DNA of 64,000 nt from the human T2T-CHM13v2.0 reference genome, Homo sapiens, in assembly GCF_009914755.1 (NCBI RefSeq), contig NC_060926.1. One strand, 5' to 3'. Shown piece after piece: positions 55,636-64,000 of the stretch (its first letter is position 1; each line of letters opens with the position of its first letter). The position numbers were made by a program, and so were the translations under genes. A model generated the notes under the pieces. The model saw nothing but the letters and a program-made list of their open reading frames with translations, made no database searches and was not told where the DNA came from.

Positions 55636-57904
55636 AGGAGTGATTTTTCTATGGGAGTTATTATCCACTCATTTCTGCACCACCTTCTGCATTGATAGAA
55701 ATCCTTTTCATCTTAGAGCCCATTTTCCATCCCATGTCCTGGGTAAAAGCTTCCTGATGGATATTCAGTTCCTTACTTCCCCAAATGCTTGCTGAGCACT
55801 CTGTCCCAGGCACCAGACATAGGGATAAAGGCAGTGCACAAGGCCGACCAGGAACCTGTCCTCATGGAGCTCACAAGGATCCAGACAAGTGCACCTGCAC
55901 TTATAGTTCAACCTAAACCAAACGTGGAAGGCTTTCCAAAAGAGATGACCTCAAAACTAAGACAAAACAAGTAAATGGGAGTTAATGAGGTGAAGGGGGT
56001 AAAGTGAGGTGTTTTGCTTTTCCTTGCACTCATGGTATGAAGCATCTTCTGGCACTCTGTTTTGCATCAGCTTGTGTTGTTTCTATGCTCAATGTAGGCA
56101 TGCTGTTTGTTACCTTTAAGGTGCTATAACTCTTTGAGAGCCAGAGAGTGTGGTACTTTTCCACTTATCCTTCTCAAGTTTTAGCACAGTATGGTATAGT
56201 TTGCAAGGAAGGAAAGTAGCATTTAAGGAGGGCCCATTGTGTGTCTGTCACTTTGTGTGCAAGAGGTAAAAGCTACTGTGTTACTGAAAGGAATGGGAAG
56301 CCATACAGTTAGGGCAGTGCCACAGGCTGGAAATCAGGATAGTGGTTGTATTTTTGTCTCCACTGCTGAGTGGGTGTGTGATTTTGGGTGAATCTCTAAA
56401 CTTCCTCTGGGCCTGACCTGATTTCCTCATCAGTGGAATGAAGGTATTCCACTCCAGCATCTTCCAGCTCTGTCATCTACTTTTTCCTGTGGCCTTGCAG
56501 GCCATCTGGTTGTTGTTGAACTGGTGGGAAGACAACTGCAGAAGTTAGTTCAGGGGTTAAATCTGGAAACCCAATGTGGAAATGAAACCGCAGCCCTGAA
56601 TACATTAAGTGCTGGGTTAGTTGGAGACTAAGGAAAGAAAGTCCCTGAGGAATGAGCCCATGTGAGCTTTAGCGCCTCTGTGCCCACTACCAGGAGCCCC
56701 CAGTGCAAGCTATCAGCCAGGGAGGAACAGTGTTTGCTCGGGCTTTGCTCTGTGGGCATGCAGAGCTTCCACCCGGCAGCATCTACACCTGCGGTCTTGT
56801 AACCTAGCTACAGAAATAGCAAGTATGTGCGCAGAAGGCAAGTTGATGAGCTAGACAGTGGGTACAGACACTTACAGCAGAACTTTGGTGCTGAAAACAC
56901 CTAGTTCAGGACATCATGTACTAACTCAAGGGTGCCTCCCCCTTTTTGTCTCTCTTAAATTTTTCAAAACAGGAAGAAACTTTTCTTCAACTGCAGGCAC
57001 CAATAACCTATGACCTTCTAGAGAGATCATTTTGGAAACCATCTAAGAAAGCTACCCTCACTGAGGGGATGCTAGTCACTCTTTTCCCCTCTCCCCACAA
57101 CTCCCCACCCTCCTTTTTTTTTTGTAACTCTGGGCTTCTGGCAACAGTTTGGAAGGTTGGCACAAGGCCATCTGAAACCACAGTGGGGTGTTAGGTAATC
57201 TGTTCTCATTAAAATGCTGTTCTGTGGTTTAATTTTCAACGGTTTCTTTGCAGCTTGAAAACACACATACTATATTTTTTGAGGTAAGGAGAGATGGCTG
57301 TTACAGAGGCAAAAAGGCGGGAAGATGGGGTACCCCTAAGACACTTCCTGGTATGTTTCCAGAAAAGAAACAGCTGCTTTCATTCTAGAGGGGGCAAATT
57401 GAGCCTAAGGCAGCATTTAGGGAGCTTCCTGGACATAACTGACTCTAGGGACAAATGCTTCAAACACATCTGAAAACTCTCCAGATTGAAAGGATCAAAT
57501 CATATGACCATTCCCCCACTTAGTCATTGAATTGAGCACTTTTATTGACTGTCTACCAAGTGCCAGGCACTGGGAGACATTTCAAATCACACCTGAGGAC
57601 AGAGAGACAGAAACCACTGCCCAGCAGGAGATCACCACCAGGTGGTTGATGACAAATAGGGCGGTGCAGTACAGTGGGGTAAGCAAGCTGCTTGTTTCTT
57701 CTCATCCTCACCTTCATGGAATTCCCACCTTTTGAAGTGTATCAGTGAAGATAGCAAACTAAAGCCCAGGGTTATCATTTCTTTCTAAAAAAGAGAATTG
57801 CAACACATTCAAATGCTCTCATTGCCACAAAAAGGCCTTAAGGTTGCCAAGTTTTGAGTTCAAGCTTTAGATGAGTTGCATTCTGTCATGAGCAGCATAA
57901 CCTC

Positions 57905-58527
57905 TGTAGGGGTGGTAGGGTGTAACCCCTTTCCTACCCATCATAAGGGTTACAGCCAATACTGCTATAACAAAAGACAGGTTAACAAGAGAAAAACATA
58001 GCAAATGTATTAATCAAAGTTTATATGACATAAAAGCCTTCAGAAATGAAGACTCAAAGACCCAGAGAAAGCTGTTTTTATGCTTAGGTTTAATGAAGAA
58101 TGGACAGCGGGTAGAAATGTGATTGGAGAAAGGGTATGGTGTAATGGTGATAGACTGAGGGGGATATCCAGGGAGGCTGTCTGTTCAAATTCTTCTTGGC
58201 CTCTCTGTGCAGCATTCCCTCCTCCCAGGTATGGGGGCAGGACCCCTCCGGAATGAAGGTCTTCAAAGGAGAAGGGAGAGAGTGACCTTTCTGGTTTTAT
58301 GGCTTGCTTTAAGGGAGAGGGGTTCTATTTTCTATGATCTGCCGTGGGGAAGGAGAATTCTAGTTTGTATGGCTCACTTTGGGGGAGAAATGAAGAGAGG
58401 TGGAAGACAGGAGGGGAGGAGAAGGTCAGAAAGACTTTGCTTCTGAGGTCTTCCAATCTCCTTTAGTTCAAAGTACTCAGCGTGCCCAAGTGCCATGCTC
58501 TGGGTTGCTGCATTCTAAGTCCCAGCA
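57905..58527 (-). mobile_element. ERV1 solo LTR (MER67/MER31 family)
   Basis: ..CAAAAGACAGGTTAACAAGAGAAAA..GAAGGTCAGA..TTTAGTTCAAAGTACTCAGC..; TG..CA ends. Confidence 0.8.
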
Positions 58528-59049
58528 CCACTCACCAGCAAGACTAGGGTGCCATCCTCATGCTGATAACAGTGGGTAGTTCAGACAGTCTTCTAGGAAC
58601 TGTCTCACCTCCCCCACAGCTTCCCCCTTCTTTGTCCCAACCTTCTTGACTGACTCATTCCCACCTCACACAGCTCTGGCTCTGTGACCATGACCTTCGT
58701 CCTTAACTTGGCCATTCCCAGCATCTTGGCTTTCTTCCTAGTTCTTCTCTTTGGCTCTAAGCAATGCTGAGGCTCAAGGAACCTAGGCTAACCCCTATCT
58801 CTCAGGGTGACAGAAAAGCTCCAAAGGATGATGTCCAGGTGCGACGAAGATGGCCCCCCAGTAAACTGAACTAACCAAATTCAGCCCCAGGCAAGTTGGA
58901 CAGGGCAATTTTGACCCAGGTCTGATTTGAACATTACTAACCAGATGAGAATTTAAGTCATACTGATTCCAGTAACAGGTGAAAATTCTACCTGTTCCAA
59001 TAAAGGACTAAAAGAAACCTATCCTTGGAACTTTTAACCCCTCCAGCAT

Positions 59050-59280
59050 TTTTCTTTCTTTCTTTCTTTCTTTTTTTTTTGAGACAGGGTCTTGCTCTGT
59101 TGCCCAGGCTGGAGTGCCATGGCATAATCATAGCTCATTGCAGCCTCAACCTCCTGGGCCAAGCGATCCTTCCACCTCAGCCTTCCAAGTAGCTGGCACC
59201 ACAGGTGCACACCACCACACCTAGCTAATTAAAAAAAAATTTTTCTTTTAGAGATGGTATCTCCCAGTGCTGCCCAGGCT
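59050..59280 (-). mobile_element. 5'-truncated AluJ
   Basis: Right arm plus part of left arm; TSD TCCA(G/A)CATTTTT. Confidence 0.88.
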
Positions 59281-59648
59281 TTTCCAACATTTTTCTTCCC
59301 TCCTGTCTGTCCTTACTCTTTGGGCCAGTTTCTCTCTATTTTTTTGACAATGTTATTGTATGTGTACTAATGGAGAAATGTGCATAGTTACTTTGGGTCT
59401 TTGTTTTGAGGGACTCAGGGCATTTAAGTTTTCAGAAAGCATCCACAATAGGTTAATATTGACAAGTGCCTCATTTTCCCTCTCCTAATCATTAACTATT
59501 TGGCTCAATTGAGACATTCGGTCAGGGTTCCTTAAAAACATTTTTAGATAAGCATGAAGGCTTTTGATTTTATTTAAAATCTTCTCATTGGTGGACATTT
59601 TTTGAGACAAGTCAAATTTGGTGACACTTAATGGAAGTATTTTATATA

Positions 59649-60146
59649 TAGATGCTCCTTGACTTACAAGGGGGTTACATCCTGATGAAAACCCTAGTAT
59701 GCTGAAAATAATGGAAGTCAAAAATACATTTAAAGGATAAAATGGTTGATGGCCACTCCTGGCTTGCTGCCTTCATGCTGGGAAATTCTCTTGAGTTTCA
59801 TCTCAAGACTAATTGCCTTCCTCCTCTTCTCACTGGAAGCAGGAGACACAGATGGACTTTTTGTAGACATGATGGTATTTGAAACACAAAACACAATATC
59901 CAAAAAAAACACTGACCACTTGGTCCACTGTAGAGCATTGGTCACTGGCCCTGCTGACTGCTTGGCTGACTGGGAGCTGTGGCTCACTGCTGGTGCCCAG
60001 CATCATGAAAGAGTCTCTTATTGCATATTGCCAGCCCAGGAAAAGATCAAAATTCAAAATTCAAAGTATGGTTTCTACTGAATGCATATTGCCTTTTCAT
60101 TATCACAAAGTCATAAGTCAAGCCATCCTAAGTCGGAGACAGTCTG
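59649..60146. mobile_element. Tigger5b/MER47-family TcMar element with transposase 5' remnant
   Basis: AGATGCTCCTTGACTTAC..GGGGTTAC and ..TAAGTCGGAGACAGTCTG termini; GGAAAAGATCAAAATTCAAAATT..; minus-strand KRRKAISLEMKL motif. Confidence 0.85.
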
Positions 60147-60408
60147 CCCCAAAAGGTGAGTGAGGAGTGAGCTGGTCTGATTTATTGTTAGAATTTGTCA
60201 AAATATTGACATTAAAGCAGGTAAAAATCAGTGTGGTTTTCTTCGTGGAGGGTTTCACTTTGACTTTCAATACTGTATCTGAGGGTTTGATGAACCCAGA
60301 AATGCAAAGTGAAACTTGGGAGTATCAGCGCATTTCAAGCCAAACAGACCTCTATGAATGAAAGTTGAGTTCCAGTTGAGCTTCTTATCAGCATAGACCA
60401 TTTGTTAG

Positions 60409-60882
<474 letters not shown>

Positions 60883-63374
60883 TAAAGGTGCCATCTTTTT
60901 TTTTTTTTTCTGTTTTATTATTTTGAGGTTCTACCTTTGGAGGGTGGGTTGTAAGATCTTTCTGCCCCATCTTCTGGAAGACTGGAGGAAGGGGAGTAAT
61001 GAAGGCAAGGCTGGCGGAGCCCTTTCCCCCAACATTATCTCTTATATGGGTGGGGGCACATGGTAAGGGTGCCCCCTGCCTCCTCCCTTGGCTCTGACGG
61101 CTCTGGGAAGCAATGTAAAGGCTAGATGGTGTGAAGAAAGGGAGGTCTTGAGCCACCAAAAACGCATTCTTCTATCTTGACACTTTTGATATGCTAGGTT
61201 TGAGTAGATCAGTAAAATAGTGTGATGGAAAGTCACCAGTGTATTTCTCTTGGTGCACATTCAACATAGCAAATGCTTCATTCACTCAGGCTCCGGGAGG
61301 TTTTGTGTAAAAGTAGAAAAGGTACAGAAGAACCTTTTGTTTTCATAATACTTTAAACAGACTTAGTGTTCAAGGTGAAATTCGGGGTGTATGTCTGTGC
61401 AATGAATGTGACCCTTAGATCTGTAAATCCCTGGAGTCTGGGTACCTGAGTCTGAAAAGGGTCTTTCAACACCGCCTCCCACCCCGCTTCCATTGCTTGC
61501 TTACAGTTGTTAAAGTTTAGCTGAGGCAGGATCAAAATCAGTGATTGAATGGCAAGGTGCTATTGTCCTGGCTCCGCCAGAGAGTTTACACATACTCAGA
61601 ATATTAGACGTGATTGACAGAGGGGTGTGTGTGTGTGTGAATCAAACCCCTTGTTCTGTTTTGCAGTCACAGAGAATCCTTTCCTTTTGAAATCCAAGAA
61701 GGTCCCCTTCTCTCAGCTTGTGGAGGGAATTAGGCAGCAAATAACCTGAACATTTTTTTTTATAATCAGCTAAAACTTTAATTGATGTAGAGTTTATGAA
61801 GTGAGTAGGAATTTCAGGATGGCTTTTTTTTGCCTGTCTTTCAAATGCAGCCACCTGTAGAGGGGCATTAGTTCTGATAGGTGTACAGTCTTCCCTAAAT
61901 CCTCGGATCTGACCTTGGTTATTGTTCAAACTTTACATTTAAATAAACCAGAAATTTATTTTGTATAACTAGATGATATTAAAAGAAAACTGGCCAAATG
62001 ATCAAAGCCGTTCTGTCTGTCTTTTAAAAAATATTTCAGAACAGAATCCTGCATACAGGTTAGGATTCTATGAAACAAAGACTTTGTATGTGACTTGCAG
62101 AAATGATTGTGCACATAGTCTGAAAGCCTTTTAATGGCCTCGAATTGAGGAGTCTACAATCAGGAAGGGCCAGGTGGACCTGAGCTGGGATGAGTGCTTT
62201 CTTGGCAGGGAGCCCATTCTCATGATGAAAGCTGGGAAAATTTGCTGGAGGAGAGTAATCCAATGATACGAAAGGATTAGGCAGGCTTACATTTAGCAAA
62301 CTGTAAACCATGAATGTGAATGCTGCACCTCTTCCCTACTCAGACAGCTGCCTTGCTTATAAAATAGAGCAACCATAATTAAATAAGAGGAGAAACTAAA
62401 GAGAGAGGGTGGGAGGAAGGAAGCGCCGGGTGTTTCAAAATGATATCGTGTGCATACAAACCAAGTTTGACAGCATTAAGTAATTCCTGGTCAGTGCTAA
62501 TGAAACACTCCCCAGCATCACTCCAAAGACAGGTAGAAACTTTGAACCTGCACAGACTCCAAGTTCACCTGCCAATCTTTGCTCATATTGGTCCAGCCAC
62601 TTTTTTTCGCTTCTGATTACTTAGCTATTAATGCCATTAATTAAAACCTGCCTTGCTTTCAGATGTATTATGAAGCTGTTTGTAAAATGCTGTGAAGGCA
62701 ACTTGTTCCAAGAGCCATTAATTCTGGTAAGGGCCATGTCAGCTTCAGTTATGTGCTCATAAATGCAAACCCAACCTGGTCAATAATCTCCAGGGATGGT
62801 CTAAATTGCACAGCTGGCTTTTTAGAAAATGTGTGTGGAGGAACATGAAAAGATTGTTGAAAACACCCGAGTAAGGTTAGATAATAAATGGAACTATACT
62901 GAGTAGGGGGAGGGCAGAACAAAGAAGTTATTATTGAGCATGAGGTATGTACTGTATTCTACAAAGGGGTGATTTAGGCTGGGTTAACAAGGTATTTGGG
63001 AGGAGGTATTAAAATAGGAAGGCAGCATAAAGCATAATAGGTTTGACCAAATAAGTTCCCAGCAATGCCTGCTTCAGGTCCTCTTTCTTTCTTTTGCTGG
63101 CTGTCCTACTGTCATCACTACTTGGGAGGATCGGGGAAATGGAGGTGGAAGGTGACTCCTTGAGTTACCAGTTTGTTGGGCCTATGGACTTTCACGTTAG
63201 GACTTTTTTAGAATATTATTTCACACACTGTATTTATTTAATCTGTAAACCATATTCAGATAATAAAACTAAGTAGATAATAAAATGAACTCACTAGTAT
63301 GCAGGCTTTCTCATATGATGGATGAGTAGGTACACGATGGATAAATAAATAGATGGGTAGATGGATAAGTAAAG

Positions 63375-63600
63375 GCTTCATTCATCCACTTATTTAACAA
63401 ATATTTAGTTAATAAGAACCATGTGCCTAACATTGTTCTAGGTGATGGAAATGTGGTGATAAAGAGACATGGTTCTTGTACTCAAAGAGCTTTATCTTTT
63501 AGTGGGGGAGGCATGCAATAAACAAGTAAATATGTGGACGTGAAAGTGACAATAAAGAGCTACAGAGACAATAATACAGGATAATGTGATAGAAATGGAC
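63375..63600 (-). mobile_element. L2 3' end
   Basis: TTCATTCATCC..TTTAACAAATATTTA..ATGTGCC..TGTTCTAGGTG.. Confidence 0.75.
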
Positions 63601-64000
63601 AGAATAATTAGATAAATTTATAGCCTAACAATAGAGCTCCAAGTAATTTAGTGTTGTGGTCTTCAATCTTGATTTTAACAACAGAACCTACGTATTTTTT
63701 CAGTTGAAAATACATATCCTATAGGGAAACCTCAATAGAGACTAGAGGTAAAAGCATATTTGCCCTAGTTGTTGTGTAGAGGGGTGTGTGTGTGCAAGTG
63801 TGTGGGTGTGTTTGTGTGTGTATGCTGGTGCCAGAGCCCTCTCCACCAGTTTAGGTACATTATAACAAATTGATTACAAGTTGTATCTGTCGTAAGAGAA
63901 AAATAAGTTAAAAATTAAGTGGTAATTGTTCCGTTGCAATGGGGTGGACAATATTGCTGGCAGTCTCTCATGAAGACATCCATAATCTGTTTGTGTCATT

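Overview
Primate (almost certainly human) genomic DNA carrying the whole CXCR4 chemokine receptor gene on the minus strand. It includes exon 1 (MEGIS), a 2132-bp CpG-island intron, coding exon 2, the 3'UTR and polyA signal, and a TATA/NRF1/GC-box promoter. About 35 kb downstream and 25 kb upstream are non-coding and rich in Alu, MIR, L2, L1M, MaLR/ERV LTR and DNA-transposon fossils, including a full-length solo LTR12. CXCR4 is the only protein-coding gene I can support; nearly all other track ORFs are Alu, LTR or GC-rich artefacts. I found no new gene system. The least expected signals are four local copy/template-switch scars: a 103-bp templated insertion with an 11-bp target duplication, a patchwork hairpin built from an Alu flank and head, an inverted ~220-bp duplication, and a micro-inverted Alu tail. 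Also notable are a trimeric Alu under one TSD, an in-frame intronic cassette exon, an intronic GRE and several motif-dense enhancer candidates. Repeat subfamily names come from recalled consensus sequences and need RepeatMasker/Dfam confirmation.
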